Shown: positions 28,935 to 39,369 of the stretch, piece by piece
How positions within the stretch are numbered: the stretch's first letter is position 1
Layout of the letters: each line of letters opens with the position of its first letter
NCBI GenBank assembly: GCA_031370785.1
Contig: JANMQY010000144.1
Location: 50,601-114,600 of the forward strand
Direction: 5' to 3'
Length of the DNA: 64,000 nucleotides
DNA from: Candidatus Eiseniibacteriota bacterium
GTDB lineage: Bacteria; Eisenbacteria; RBG-16-71-46
Position numbers and translations under genes: made by a program
The notes under the pieces: generated by a model
What the model was told of the DNA's origin: nothing
What the model saw: the letters and a program-made list of their open reading frames with translations, nothing else
The model's database searches: none

Positions 28935-31900
28935 ATGACGCAGACGCTGGACAAGGACGTTTCGCAGGCCGCCACACCGATCGCTCCCTCGAACTCCGGC
29001 CTGCGCGTGCCGCGTCGCTGGACGCGGGCCGGCGTCCATCCGCTCGACGAGATCTCGTGGGACAAGCGCCGCACCGTCATCTCGAACCCCGACGGCTCGG
29101 TCGTATTCCAGATGAACGAGGTCGAGGTCCCGGCCGGCTGGTCGCAGCTCGCCACCGATATCGTGGTCAGCAAGTATTTCCGCAAGGCCGGCCTCCCGGG
29201 CACGCCCGGTCACGAGACCAGCGTCCGCCAGGTGGTGCACCGCCTCGCTCACACCGTGCGCGTCGCCGGGGAGCAGGCCGGAGGCTACTTCGCCGGCCCT
29301 GAGGACGCCGAGGCGTTCGAGGCCGAGCTCGCGTTCATGCTGGTGCACCAGATCGGTGCGTTCAACTCGCCGGTATGGTTCAACTGCGGGCTCCATCACG
29401 AATACGGGATCCAGGGCTCGGGCGGGAATTTCTACTACGACCGCGAAGAGCGCGCCGTGCACGCGACCCGCGACTCCTATTCGCGGCCCCAGGTCTCCGC
29501 CTGCTTCATCCAGTCGGTGGACGACGACCTGATGAGCATCTTCGAGCTGGCGCGCAACGAAGCGCGGGTCTTCAAGTTCGGCTCGGGCACCGGGAGCAAT
29601 TTCTCCAAGCTGCGCGGGCGCATGGAGAAGCTCTCGGGCGGCGGCACCTCGTCGGGGCTGATGAGCTTCCTCGAGGTGCTGGATCGTGGCGCCGGCGCCA
29701 CCAAGTCCGGCGGCACCACGCGGCGCGCGGCCAAGATGGTGGTGCTCGACATGGACCACCCCGAGATCGTGGACTTCGTCCAGTGGAAGGTGCGCGAGGA
29801 GAAGAAGGTCGCCGCGCTGGTGGCGGCGGGCTATTCCTCGGACTTCAACGGCGAAGCCTACGGCACGGTCGCCGGGCAGAACTCCAACAACGCGGGGCGC
29901 GTGCCCGATCGCTTCATGGAAGCGGTCGGGAGCAACGGCACCTGGCAGACCACGTTCCGCACCACCGGCCAGGTCCACGAGACCCACGCGGCGCGCGAGC
30001 TGTGGGGCCGGATCGCCGAAGCCGCGTGGCAGTGCGCCGATCCCGGCGTCCAGTTCGACGACACCATCCAGAAATGGCACACCTGCAAGGCCACGGCCCG
30101 GATCCAGGCGACCAACCCGTGCAGCGAGTTCGTGTTCCTCGATGACACCGCCTGTAATCTCGCGTCGATCAACCTGATGAAGTTCCTGGGCGACGATGGG
30201 GTGTTCGACATCGAGGGCTACCGCCACGCCAACCGCGTATTCTTCCTCGCGCAGGAGATCCTGGTCGGATTCGCCTCCTACCCGACCGAACGGATCGCAC
30301 AGCGCTCGTACGAGTTCCGTCCGCTGGGGCTCGGCTACGCGAACCTCGGCACGCTGCTGATGGTGAACGGACTGCCGTACGACAGCGATGCCGCGCGCTC
30401 CTACGCCGCGTGCCTGACCGCGCTGATGACCGGCGAGGCCTATGCGATGAGCGCCGAGATGGCGGCGAGCAAGGGCCCGTTCGAGGGCTACGCGGTCAAC
30501 CGCGACAGCATGCTCGAAGTGATGCGGCAGCACCGCGAAGCGGCGCGCGCCATCGATCCCTCGCTCGCGCCGCGCGACCTGCGCAGCGCGGCCACCGAGT
30601 CCTGGGATCGCGCGGTGGCGTTCGGCGCGCTGCATGGCTACCGCAACTCCCAGGCGACGGTGCTGGCGCCGACCGGAACCATCGGCCTGCTCATGGACTG
30701 CGACACGACCGGGGTCGAGCCCGACTTCGCGCTGGTCAAGTTCAAGAAACTGGCGGGGGGCGGCTACTTCAAGATCGTGAACCAGTCGGTCCCGGCCGCG
30801 CTGCGCCGGCTCGGCTACGACGAGTCCGCGATCTCGAACATCATCCGTTACGCGCTCGGCACCGGGACCTTCAAGGGTGCGCCGCACATCAACCGCGACT
30901 CGCTCATGAAGAAGGGCCTGTACGACCTGGAGATCGACCGGATCGAGCAGGCGCTCGGAACCATGCTCGACATCCGCTTCGGGTTCGGCCGCGGCATGTT
31001 GAGCGACGAGACCCTGACCCGGCTGGGCGTGAGCCAGGCCGAGCGCGAGAAGCCCGCCTTCTCGGCGCTGGCGTTCCTCGGGTTCACCGACGAGCAGATC
31101 GAGGCCGCCAACACGATGATCTGCGGCAGCCAGAGCGTCGAGGGTGCGCCGGGCCTCATGGTCGAGCACCTGCCGGCATTCGACTGCGCCAACCGTTGCG
31201 GTCCGCGCGGCACGCGCTACATCCGGCCGATGGGGCACGTGCGCATGATGGCGGCAGTGCAGCCGTTCATCTCGGGAGCGATCAGCAAGACCGTGAACCT
31301 GCCGCACGATTCGACGGTCGGAGAGGTCGAGGACATCTACACCCAGTCGTGGAAGCTGGGGCTCAAGGCCGTGGCCCTGTACCGCGACGGATGCAAGCTC
31401 AGCCAGCCGCTGGCGGGATCGAGCAAGGCCGAGCCGGCCAGCAGCGCGGCGCCGACCAGGCTCGAGCGCAAGCGCCTGCCGCGCCGCCGCCATGGCTTCA
31501 CCCAGGAGGCGCGCATCGGTGGACACAAGGTCTTTCTGCGCACCGGCGAGTACGAGGACGGGACGCTCGGCGAGATCTTCATCGACATGCACAAGGAGGG
31601 CGCCGCGTTCCGCAGCATGATGAACTGCTTCGCGATCTCGGTCTCGATGGGCCTGCAGTACGGCGTTCCGCTCGACCATCTCGTGGATCAGTTCTGCTTC
31701 ACGCGCTTCGAGCCGCACGGCCGCGTGGACGGACACGACAACATCCGGGTGTGCACCAGCGTGATCGACTACGTGTTCCGGGTGCTGGGCATCGAGTATC
31801 TGGGGCGCCTCGATCTCGGGCACGTGGTGGACGAGACTCCGACCGGCAGGCTGATCAAGCACGCGACCGACCATCCGGTCGGCCAGGAGCACTTCCTGGG

Positions 31901-32108
31901 GATCAAGCCCGTGAACGGCGGGGTCAAGCGGGCCCAGGTCGCGACCAGGCCTCGCTTCGAGGCCGCCGGCGAAGAGGCCGGGCTCAGCGAACAGACCAAG
32001 AAGTTCTCGGGCGACGCGCCGGCCTGCGACAATTGCGGACACATCACGATCCGCAACGGCACCTGCTACAAGTGTCTCAATTGTGGATCTTCTCTCGGTT
32101 GCTCCTGA
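28935..32108 (+). CDS. nrdJ: Class II (adenosylcobalamin-dependent) ribonucleotide reductase
   Basis: [41 protein letters not shown] and ISKTVN, with a TSCPD-like domain and a C-terminal CxxC..CxxC...GCS. Confidence 0.95.
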   Translation: MTQTLDKDVSQAATPIAPSNSGLRVPRRWTRAGVHPLDEISWDKRRTVISNPDGSVVFQMNEVEVPAGWSQLATDIVVSKYFRKAGLPGTPGHETSVRQVVHRLAHTVRVAGEQAGGYFAGPEDAEAFEAELAFMLVHQIGAFNSPVWFNCGLHHEYGIQGSGGNFYYDREERAVHATRDSYSRPQVSACFIQSVDDDLMSIFELARNEARVFKFGSGTGSNFSKLRGRMEKLSGGGTSSGLMSFLEVLDRGAGATKSGGTTRRAAKMVVLDMDHPEIVDFVQWKVREEKKVAALVAAGYSSDFNGEAYGTVAGQNSNNAGRVPDRFMEAVGSNGTWQTTFRTTGQVHETHAARELWGRIAEAAWQCADPGVQFDDTIQKWHTCKATARIQATNPCSEFVFLDDTACNLASINLMKFLGDDGVFDIEGYRHANRVFFLAQEILVGFASYPTERIAQRSYEFRPLGLGYANLGTLLMVNGLPYDSDAARSYAACLTALMTGEAYAMSAEMAASKGPFEGYAVNRDSMLEVMRQHREAARAIDPSLAPRDLRSAATESWDRAVAFGALHGYRNSQATVLAPTGTIGLLMDCDTTGVEPDFALVKFKKLAGGGYFKIVNQSVPAALRRLGYDESAISNIIRYALGTGTFKGAPHINRDSLMKKGLYDLEIDRIEQALGTMLDIRFGFGRGMLSDETLTRLGVSQAEREKPAFSALAFLGFTDEQIEAANTMICGSQSVEGAPGLMVEHLPAFDCANRCGPRGTRYIRPMGHVRMMAAVQPFISGAISKTVNLPHDSTVGEVEDIYTQSWKLGLKAVALYRDGCKLSQPLAGSSKAEPASSAAPTRLERKRLPRRRHGFTQEARIGGHKVFLRTGEYEDGTLGEIFIDMHKEGAAFRSMMNCFAISVSMGLQYGVPLDHLVDQFCFTRFEPHGRVDGHDNIRVCTSVIDYVFRVLGIEYLGRLDLGHVVDETPTGRLIKHATDHPVGQEHFLGIKPVNGGVKRAQVATRPRFEAAGEEAGLSEQTKKFSGDAPACDNCGHITIRNGTCYKCLNCGSSLGCS

Positions 32109-32135
32109 AGCACGCTCGCGACAGGAGATCACACC

Positions 32136-32161
32136 CGGGCGGGGCCGAAAGGTCCCGCCCG
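32136..32161 (+). terminator. GC-rich hairpin (GAAA loop) after nrdJ
   Basis: CGGGCGGGGCC-GAAA-GGTCCCGCCCG with only a weak U-tract. Confidence 0.55.
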
Positions 32162-32233
32162 AAGTGTTAGGCTAGCGATGGCTCGCGCTTCGAAGGGCGC
32201 GCGGCCCTGGACCCCGCCCACCCGGAGGACTTC

Positions 32234-32836
32234 CTGAACCCGTCGCGCTACCGGCCGCTCGCGCTTCTGACCACGCTCGCCCTCCTGGCATTTGCCGGCG
32301 CAGCGCACGTCGGGACCGCTGCGGCCGCGCCTCCGGCCGCGGCGAGCGACGCGCTGCGCGCTTCCGCCGGCGCAGTCGACACCGCGCTCACCACCGTGTT
32401 CGTGGTGCGCCACGCCGAGAAGAACGTCGTGTTCGCGGGCGCCGACCCGCCGCTCAGCGAAGCCGGCCGCCGCCGCGCGCAAGCGCTCGCGCGTGTGCTG
32501 GGCGAGGCGAAGGTGAAAGCCATTCTGACCACCCACTTCGCGCGCACGCGCGAAACGGCGCAGCCGCTTGCGGATTCGACCGGAGATTCGATCACGGTCG
32601 TCTCGCAGGACGACCCGGATCGGCTCGCGAGCGAAGTGTGGACCCATCATCGCGGCGAAGCGGTGCTGATCGTCGGGCACAGCGACACGGTGCCGGCGAT
32701 TGTCCGGAGTCTGACCGGCGTCCAGGTGCCCGCCTATCGCGAGGGCGAGTTCGACCGGCTCTACGTGATCACGCGCCGCGGGAGCGGCCCCGCGGCGCTG
32801 CTGCGCCTGCGCTATGGCGAGGGCGCCACGCCCTGA
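32234..32836 (+). CDS. Secreted histidine phosphatase (phosphoglycerate mutase superfamily), CTG start
   Basis: VVRHAEK, RTRETA and VGHSDT motifs. An in-frame signal peptide (RYRPLALLTTLALLAFAG) starts at a CTG preceded by GGAGG. Confidence 0.8.
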   Translation: MNPSRYRPLALLTTLALLAFAGAAHVGTAAAAPPAAASDALRASAGAVDTALTTVFVVRHAEKNVVFAGADPPLSEAGRRRAQALARVLGEAKVKAILTTHFARTRETAQPLADSTGDSITVVSQDDPDRLASEVWTHHRGEAVLIVGHSDTVPAIVRSLTGVQVPAYREGEFDRLYVITRRGSGPAALLRLRYGEGATP

Positions 32837-32905
32837 TCGAGGCGCCGGCGAGGGCGTGAGCCACGCCGCTTGCGCGGTGACGACAGGCTCGGGCAGAGTG
32901 CGCGC

Positions 32906-34009
32906 ATGACGGTCGCCCCGGCGCATCCACCGCGCGCACTCCCGCGCGTGCGCGTGCTCCACCTGCTCCTCGTGTTCATCCCGCTCGCCGCGCTGGCAGC
33001 CGCGCTTCACTGGAGCGGAACCCTGGTGTTCGCATTCTCCGCGATCGCGATCATTCCGCTCGCCGGGCTGATGGGCGAAGCCACCGAGCGCCTCGCCGAG
33101 CGGCTGGGCGCGGGCGTGGGAGGACTGCTCAACGCCACCTTCGGCAATGCGGCCGAGATGATCATCGCGCTGGCCGCGATGCAGCGCGGTTTCTACGACG
33201 TGGTCAAAGCGAGCCTCACCGGCTCGATCATCGGAAACGTGCTGCTGGTGCTGGGAGTCTCGATCCTGGCCGGCGGCGCACGCCGCGAGCGCCAGAAGTT
33301 CGATCGCTCCGCGGCCGCGGTCGGCTCGACCCTGCTCGCTCTGGCCGCCATCGGGCTGGTCGTGCCGGCGATGTTCCATCTGGTCGCGGGCGCACCGGTC
33401 GGCACCGCCGCGGCGAACCGCGAGCACGGGCTTTCGCTCGCGATCGCGGTGGTGCTGTTCGTGACCTACCTGCTGAGCCTGGTCTTCACCCTGAGCACGC
33501 ACCGGCATCTGTATGCCGGCGCGCCGGCCGGGCCGGTCAAACACTCGGGACCGGCTCTGCGCCCCCTGCTGGTGCTGCTGGTCTCGACCGCCCTGGTGGC
33601 GTGGATGAGCGAGCTGCTGGTAGGCGCGGTCGAAGAGGCCTCGCATACGCTCGGACTCTCCCAGGTCTTCGTCGGCGTGGTGGTGGTCGCGATCATCGGC
33701 AATGCCGCCGAGCATTCGACCGCGGTGCTCATGGCGATGCGCAACCAGATGGACCTCGCGATCAACATCGCGGTCGGCTCGAGCACGCAGATCGCGCTGT
33801 TCGTGGCGCCGGCACTGGTGTTCGTGTCCTACCTCATGCCGCACGGGCCGATGGACCTGCGTTTCAGTGCGCTGGAAGTGCTGGCGGTGGGGATCTCGGT
33901 CGCGGTCGTCAACATGGTTGCGCAGGACGGCGAGTCCAACTGGCTCGAGGGGGCGCTATTGCTCGCGGTCTACGGCGTGCTCGGACTGGCGTTCTACTAC
34001 CTCCCCTGA
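32906..34009 (+). CDS. Ca2+/H+ exchanger (CaCA, CAX type)
   Basis: [13 protein letters not shown] and IIGNAAEH alpha repeats, GSSTQIALF and DGESNWLEG. Confidence 0.93.
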   Translation: MTVAPAHPPRALPRVRVLHLLLVFIPLAALAAALHWSGTLVFAFSAIAIIPLAGLMGEATERLAERLGAGVGGLLNATFGNAAEMIIALAAMQRGFYDVVKASLTGSIIGNVLLVLGVSILAGGARRERQKFDRSAAAVGSTLLALAAIGLVVPAMFHLVAGAPVGTAAANREHGLSLAIAVVLFVTYLLSLVFTLSTHRHLYAGAPAGPVKHSGPALRPLLVLLVSTALVAWMSELLVGAVEEASHTLGLSQVFVGVVVVAIIGNAAEHSTAVLMAMRNQMDLAINIAVGSSTQIALFVAPALVFVSYLMPHGPMDLRFSALEVLAVGISVAVVNMVAQDGESNWLEGALLLAVYGVLGLAFYYLP

Positions 34010-34146
34010 GCTGACCGTGCCGCAGACTCCTGTTCGCGCTGGCTCGCATGCTGAGCTGAACGGGGTGTCGCGCTCCGGCTCCACGAAATCCGCCGGCCCT
34101 CGCACGGCGCCGGTCTGATAGCATCCAGCGCCAAGGAGGCCCCGCC

Positions 34147-34722
34147 ATGACCGTCCATCCCAGATCCTCGAAGGTCGACGAGTTGATCCAGCGCCTCGAC
34201 CAGGCCGTCGCAGTCCGCGATGACGCGCTCCGATGTCAGAACGTGAAGAAGGTGCTGACCGACGTCGTCAGCAGCGGCGATCAGTTCGTCGAACCGCCCT
34301 ACCTCGTGCCGGTGCCCGAGCGCTACGCGCGCCGGCTCATGCACCGCGATCCGCAGAACCGCTACACCGTCCTCGCCATGGTCTGGAACAAGGGACAGGG
34401 CACGCCGCTCCACGACCACGCCGGCACCTGGTGCGTGGAGTGCGTGTATCGCGGCCGGATCCGCGTCACCTCGTATTCGGTGCGTGGCGGCGACCCGGAA
34501 AGCGGAGTGGTCCAGTTCGAGCGCGAGACCGTGGTGATGGCGGGTGTCGGAGAGGCCGGGGCACTGATCCCGCCCTTCGAATATCACGTGCTCGAGAACG
34601 CCGACCAGACGCCGTCGGTCACGCTGCACGTCTACGGCGGCGAGATGACCTACTGCCACATCTTCGAGCCGGTCGAGGGCGGCTACCTGCGCAAGTACCG
34701 CGAGCTGGGCTATACCGCGTGA
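34147..34722 (+). CDS. Cysteine dioxygenase family protein
   Basis: YARRL, TPLHDH, a third His in EYHVLEN, and SVTLHVY. SD AAGGAGG upstream. Confidence 0.88.
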   Translation: MTVHPRSSKVDELIQRLDQAVAVRDDALRCQNVKKVLTDVVSSGDQFVEPPYLVPVPERYARRLMHRDPQNRYTVLAMVWNKGQGTPLHDHAGTWCVECVYRGRIRVTSYSVRGGDPESGVVQFERETVVMAGVGEAGALIPPFEYHVLENADQTPSVTLHVYGGEMTYCHIFEPVEGGYLRKYRELGYTA

Positions 34723-34780
34723 AAGCGCGCGCCGCCGCCGCTCGCGCTCGCGCCATTCGCGCGGCCGGCGGGTCCGGCGG

Positions 34781-35788
34781 TTGATCTCGCTTCGATCCGT
34801 AGCGCCGCTTCTTCCCGGTCTCCTGCTTTCGGCGCTGCTCGCCGCGGTCGCGGTGTGGCTCGCCGATGTGCCGTGGGTCCGGAGTCACACCCACCTCAGC
34901 GCGCTGCTGCTGGTGATCCTGCTCGGGATGGCGTGGAAATCCCTGGCCCCGGTTCCTGAGGCGGCGCTGCCCGGCATCCGGATCGCACAGCGCCCGGTGC
35001 TGCGCTGGGCAGTGGCGGGCCTCGGATTCCGCTTGAGCCTCTCCGAGCTGTGGAAGATCGGCGCGCCCGCGCTGGTGGTGGTGATCGTCTCGACGCTGAC
35101 CGCGCTCGTGTTCGGCTGGTGGATCGCGCGCCGCCTCGGCATCTCGGAGAAGCTGGGACTCCTGCTCGGGGTCGGCGGCGCGATCTGTGGCGCCTCGGCG
35201 GTGGTCGCCGCGGACAGCGTGGTGCAGGCCGAGAAGCGCGACGCCGCGCTCGCGCTCGGCATCATCACCCTGCTCGGCACCGTCGGCATCCTGATCTACC
35301 CGCTGCTCCTCCGTCCGCTCGCGCTCAGCGACTTCGCCTACGGGGTGTGGGACGGCGCGAGCCTTCACGAGATGGCACAGGTGGTCGCGGCCGGCTTCGC
35401 GGTGAGCGACGAGGCGGCGCGCGTGGCGACCGTGGTCAAGCTCGCGCGCATCTGCCTGCTCGCGCCGGTGGTGCTCTACCTCGGATGGTCGCTGCGCCAC
35501 CAGCATCGCGAGGCGGGCCGGGCAAATGTCTCGCCGGTGCCGTGGTTCCTGGTGCTGTTCGTCGCGTTCGCGGTGGTGAACTCGCTCGGGGTTCTGCCGA
35601 AGCCCTGGATCGAAGCGCTCAAGACCGCCGACCTGTGGCTGCTGTGCCTGGGGATGGCCGGCGTCGGATTGCAGACCGGATTCCACGATCTGAAGAGCGC
35701 GGGAATGAAGCCGATCCTTGCGGGCGGAGCGCAGTGGGTGTTTCTCGCCGGAGTTTCGTACGGCCTCACGCGCTGGCTGTGCGGGTGA
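34781..35788 (+). CDS. YeiH / putative sulfate exporter family membrane protein
   Basis: GGAICGASAV, SLHEMAQVVA, VKLARI and PWF motifs. Confidence 0.9.
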   Translation: MISLRSVAPLLPGLLLSALLAAVAVWLADVPWVRSHTHLSALLLVILLGMAWKSLAPVPEAALPGIRIAQRPVLRWAVAGLGFRLSLSELWKIGAPALVVVIVSTLTALVFGWWIARRLGISEKLGLLLGVGGAICGASAVVAADSVVQAEKRDAALALGIITLLGTVGILIYPLLLRPLALSDFAYGVWDGASLHEMAQVVAAGFAVSDEAARVATVVKLARICLLAPVVLYLGWSLRHQHREAGRANVSPVPWFLVLFVAFAVVNSLGVLPKPWIEALKTADLWLLCLGMAGVGLQTGFHDLKSAGMKPILAGGAQWVFLAGVSYGLTRWLCG

Positions 35789-35873
35789 GCGCGCGCGCGC
35801 GGACGCCGATGCCGCGAAGCGCCGGGCGAGACGCCTCAGGCGCGTGGCGCATTTCCGCCCGCCTCGCGCGAAG

Positions 35874-35882
35874 TGCTAGGCT
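35874..35882 (+). promoter_or_regulatory. Extended -10 element for the sdh genes
   Basis: TGcTAGGCT about 50 nt upstream of 35933. The same nonamer precedes the MoxR operon. Confidence 0.45.
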
Positions 35883-35932
35883 GCCCGACGCATCACACGC
35901 CCATGTATTCGAATGCGACCACCGGAGCATGA

Positions 35933-36772
35933 ATGAGTCGAGTCGCGCGCAGATGGAGCAGCGGAACGGGCGCGGCGCCCGGCATCGCCGGATATCCGGC
36001 GCGCGGTGCGGGCTCTCCGAACGAAGCGCCGCACGGGCGCGCCTCCAGTGAGAAGTTCGGCGCGACCGACCGCACCGATGCGTGGTGGCTGCAGCCACTG
36101 GCCCAGGCGCTCGGGTTGGGGCTGCTCGGCGCCTACGCGACCTGGGCGGCGTTTCAAGGCAACCACTACGAGTTCGGCAACTATCTCTCGCCGTTCTACT
36201 CCCCGCTGTTCAAGCCCAGCTGGTGGCCGCTGTCATCGGCGCTCCTGATCCTCGGCGCGCCGATGGGGTTCCGCACCACCTGCTACTACTACCGCAAGGC
36301 CTACTATCGCGCGTTCTTCGCGGACCCCGCGGCGTGCGCGGTCGGCGAGCTCAAGGCCAAGGGCTACCGCGGCGAGAACTCGTTTCCGTTCATTCTCCAG
36401 AACCTGCACCGCTACTTCCTCTACCTCGCGTTGATCTTCATCGTGATCCTGTGGATCGACGTGGTGCGCTCGTTCATCTTCGAGGGGCGATTCGGAATCG
36501 GCCTGGGATCGCTGATCCTGACCGCGACCATCACGCTGCTCACGCTCTACACGTTCTCCTGCCATTCGCTGCGCCACCTGCTCGGCGGCGGGATCGACTG
36601 CTTCTCGTGCGCGGTCGCGGGCGGCCCGCGCCGGCAGACGTGGAGCGTGGTCTCCCTGCTCAACCAGCACCACATGGGCTGGGCGTGGTGGAGCCTGTTC
36701 TTCGTGTGCTTCGCCGATTTCTACATCCGCATGTGCTCAATGGGCGTCTTCCGCGATCCGAGGCTCTTGTGA
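35933..36772 (+). CDS. Succinate dehydrogenase membrane anchor, mycobacterial Sdh1 (Rv0249c)-like
   Basis: YLSPFYSP, FRTTCYYYRKAYYR, QNLHRYF, SCHSLRH and HMGWAW motifs. Overlaps the flavoprotein start. Confidence 0.85.
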   Translation: MSRVARRWSSGTGAAPGIAGYPARGAGSPNEAPHGRASSEKFGATDRTDAWWLQPLAQALGLGLLGAYATWAAFQGNHYEFGNYLSPFYSPLFKPSWWPLSSALLILGAPMGFRTTCYYYRKAYYRAFFADPAACAVGELKAKGYRGENSFPFILQNLHRYFLYLALIFIVILWIDVVRSFIFEGRFGIGLGSLILTATITLLTLYTFSCHSLRHLLGGGIDCFSCAVAGGPRRQTWSVVSLLNQHHMGWAWWSLFFVCFADFYIRMCSMGVFRDPRLL

Positions 36773-38604
36773 CGGACAAGTACGAGAAGCACGAACACGA
36801 CGTGCTGGTGATCGGCGCGGGAGGCGCAGGGCTGCGCGCGGCGATCGAGGCCTCGACCGCGGGCGCATCGGTCGCGCTGGTGTGCAAGTCGCTGCTCGGC
36901 AAGGCGCACACGGTGATGGCCGAAGGTGGAGTGGCGGCCGCGCTCGCGCACGTCGATCCGCAGGACGGCTGGCAGACGCACTTCAAGGACACGATGAAGG
37001 GCGGCTCGTTCCTGAATCACTGGCGCATGGCGCAGATCCACGCTGAGGAGTCGCCCGACCGGGTGCGCGAGCTCGAGCAGTGGGGCGCGCTGTTCGATCG
37101 CACCGCCGACGGCCGGATCCTGCAGCGCGCCTTCGGTGGCCACACCTGGAAGCGGCTCGCGCACGTCGGCGACCGCACCGGGCTCGAGATGATCCGCACG
37201 CTGCAGGACCGCGGCGTTCATCAGGGCTTCGACGTGTACATGGAGTGCACCATCATCCGCCTGCTCAAGGACGGGGAGCGCATCACCGGTGCGCTCGGCT
37301 ACTGGCGCGAGACCGGGCGATTCGTGGTGTTCCGCTGCAAGGCGGTGGTGATCGCGACCGGCGGGATCGGCAAGGCGTACCGGGTCACTTCGAACTCGTG
37401 GGAGTACACCGGCGACGGGCAATCGCTGGCGATCGAGGCGGGCGCAGATCTGATCGACATGGAGTTCGTACAGTTCCATCCGACCGGAATGGTGTGGCCG
37501 CCGGGAGTGATGGGGCTCCTGGTCACCGAGGGCGTGCGCGGCGAAGGCGGCATCCTGCGCAACAAGGACGGCGAGCGCTTCATGTGGAAGTACCTGCCCG
37601 AGAACCGCCGTCACGAGTACGCCGAGACCGAGGAAGAAGCGCGGCGCTGGCTCGAAGCCTCGTTCGCGACCAGGCAGACCGACGCGCGCCGTCCGCCCGA
37701 GCTGTCCACGCGCGACAACGTCTCGCGCGCGATCTACACCGAGGTCCGCGAGGGGCGCGGCACTCCGCACGGCGGGGCCTACCTCGACATCAGCTATCTG
37801 CCCGCCGAGCGCGTGAAGCGCAAGCTGCCCTCGATGTACCACCAGTTTCTCGAGCTGGCCGACGTCGACATCACGAAGCAGCCGATGGAGGTGGGCCCGA
37901 CCACGCACTACATCATGGGCGGCATCCGTGTGGACCCCGACAGCGCGGCCGCGACCGTGCCGGGGCTGTTCGCGGCCGGCGAAGCCGCGGCCGGCCTGCA
38001 CGGCGCCAACCGTCTCGGCGGAAACTCGCTCTCGGACCTGCTGGTGTTCGGGCGCCGCGCCGGCGCCGCGGCCGCCGCGTATGCAAAGGCACTCGGAAGC
38101 ACGCCGGCGATGAACGAAGCCGAGATCGAGGCCGAGACCCGCGACATGCTCGCGCCTTTCGAGCGATCGAGCGGCGAGAGTCCCTACCAGGTGCATCAGG
38201 CGCTTCAGGAGTGCATGGACCGGCTGGTCGGCATCTACCGGGTCGAGGCGGATCTCGAGGGGGCGCTCTCGGAGCTGGAAAAGCTCAAGGCGCGCGCCGC
38301 GGCGGTGCGCGTCGAGGGCTCGCGCATGTTCAACCCGGGCTGGCACCTCGCGCGCGATTTGAGGAACATGCTCACCGTTTCCGAGGCGATCACGCGCTCG
38401 GCGCTGCTGCGGAAGGAAAGCCGCGGTGCGCACTCGCGTCTCGACTACACCGCGACCGACCCCGCATTCGGCAAGGTCAACCACTGCGCGCGCCTCGCCG
38501 GCGGGCGCTTGAGCGTCACGCCCACGCCGCTGGCCGAAATGCCGGCCGAGCTCGCCTCCCTCTTCGAGGCCGCGCCGCAGCCCGCCGGCGAGAAGGTCCG
38601 ATGA
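36769..38604 (+). CDS. sdhA: Succinate dehydrogenase/fumarate reductase flavoprotein
   Basis: IGAGGAG, KAHTVMAEGG, QFHPTG, HYIMGG, HGANRLGGNSL and ESRGAH motifs. Confidence 0.95.
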   Translation: MTDKYEKHEHDVLVIGAGGAGLRAAIEASTAGASVALVCKSLLGKAHTVMAEGGVAAALAHVDPQDGWQTHFKDTMKGGSFLNHWRMAQIHAEESPDRVRELEQWGALFDRTADGRILQRAFGGHTWKRLAHVGDRTGLEMIRTLQDRGVHQGFDVYMECTIIRLLKDGERITGALGYWRETGRFVVFRCKAVVIATGGIGKAYRVTSNSWEYTGDGQSLAIEAGADLIDMEFVQFHPTGMVWPPGVMGLLVTEGVRGEGGILRNKDGERFMWKYLPENRRHEYAETEEEARRWLEASFATRQTDARRPPELSTRDNVSRAIYTEVREGRGTPHGGAYLDISYLPAERVKRKLPSMYHQFLELADVDITKQPMEVGPTTHYIMGGIRVDPDSAAATVPGLFAAGEAAAGLHGANRLGGNSLSDLLVFGRRAGAAAAAYAKALGSTPAMNEAEIEAETRDMLAPFERSSGESPYQVHQALQECMDRLVGIYRVEADLEGALSELEKLKARAAAVRVEGSRMFNPGWHLARDLRNMLTVSEAITRSALLRKESRGAHSRLDYTATDPAFGKVNHCARLAGGRLSVTPTPLAEMPAELASLFEAAPQPAGEKVR

Positions 38605-39353
38605 GCGCCGAGCCCGGGACCACGGCGCTGCTGCGCGTCTATCGCGGCGACAAGAGCGGCGGCAAGGAGGTCGAGTACGAGGTGCCGATCGAGACCGGCA
38701 TGGTCGTGCTCGATGCCATCCACTGGATCCAGGCGCATCAGGCGCCCGATCTGGCGGTGCGCTGGAACTGCAAGGCGGCCAAGTGCGGCTCGTGCAGCGC
38801 CGAGGTGAACGGCAAGCCTGCGCTCATGTGCAAGTCGCGGATGGACCACTTCCCGGCAGGGCAGCCGATCTCGGTGCGCCCGATGAAGACCTTCCCGATC
38901 ATTCGCGACCTGGTCACCGACGTGTCGTGGAACTACGAAGTGAACAAGCGGATCGCGCCGTTCAAGCCGCGCCCCGGCGCCGAGTGGAAGTGGCAGCAGA
39001 GCGACATCGATCGCGTGCAGGAGTACCGCAAGTGCATCGAGTGCTTCCTGTGCCAGGACGTGTGCCACGTGCTGCGCGCGCACGAGATGAAGCAGCAGTT
39101 CGCGGGGCCGCGCTTCTTCGTGCGCATCGCCGGACTCGAGATGCATCCGATCGACGGCGAGGATCGCACCGGCTACCTGAAGGATCACGGCGGCATCGGC
39201 CTCTGTAACATCACCAAGTGCTGCACCGAGGTGTGCCCCGAAGGCATTCACATCACCGACAACGCGATCATCCCGCTCAAGGAGCGAGTGGTGGACCGGT
39301 TCTACGATCCGCTGCGCATGCTGTGGCACGCGCTCACCGCCGGGAAGAAGTAA
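38601..39353 (+). CDS. sdhB: Succinate dehydrogenase/fumarate reductase iron-sulfur subunit
   Basis: CKAAKCGSC, CIECFLCQDVC and CNITKCCTEVCP cluster motifs. Confidence 0.95.
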   Translation: MSAEPGTTALLRVYRGDKSGGKEVEYEVPIETGMVVLDAIHWIQAHQAPDLAVRWNCKAAKCGSCSAEVNGKPALMCKSRMDHFPAGQPISVRPMKTFPIIRDLVTDVSWNYEVNKRIAPFKPRPGAEWKWQQSDIDRVQEYRKCIECFLCQDVCHVLRAHEMKQQFAGPRFFVRIAGLEMHPIDGEDRTGYLKDHGGIGLCNITKCCTEVCPEGIHITDNAIIPLKERVVDRFYDPLRMLWHALTAGKK

Positions 39354-39369
39354 CAGCCAGCGCGCCGCA

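Noticed and set aside
28935..32108. Intein or intron in nrdJ
   Set aside because: The frame is continuous, with no recognisable splice-junction or homing-endonuclease motifs.
28689..32132. Very long antisense or alternate-frame ORFs (e.g. 28689-32132 -, 7446-9530 -, 17656-20181 +, 20241-22496 +, 45465-47783 -)
   Set aside because: They shadow well-supported genes and have no motifs. Such ORFs are expected from stop-codon scarcity in high-GC DNA.
34147..39353. Single operon for mercaptosuccinate to succinate plus sulfite (dioxygenase, exporter, Sdh)
   Set aside because: The idea is attractive, but the sdh genes have their own extended -10 element at 35874 and the dioxygenase has the Arg-type cysteine motif.
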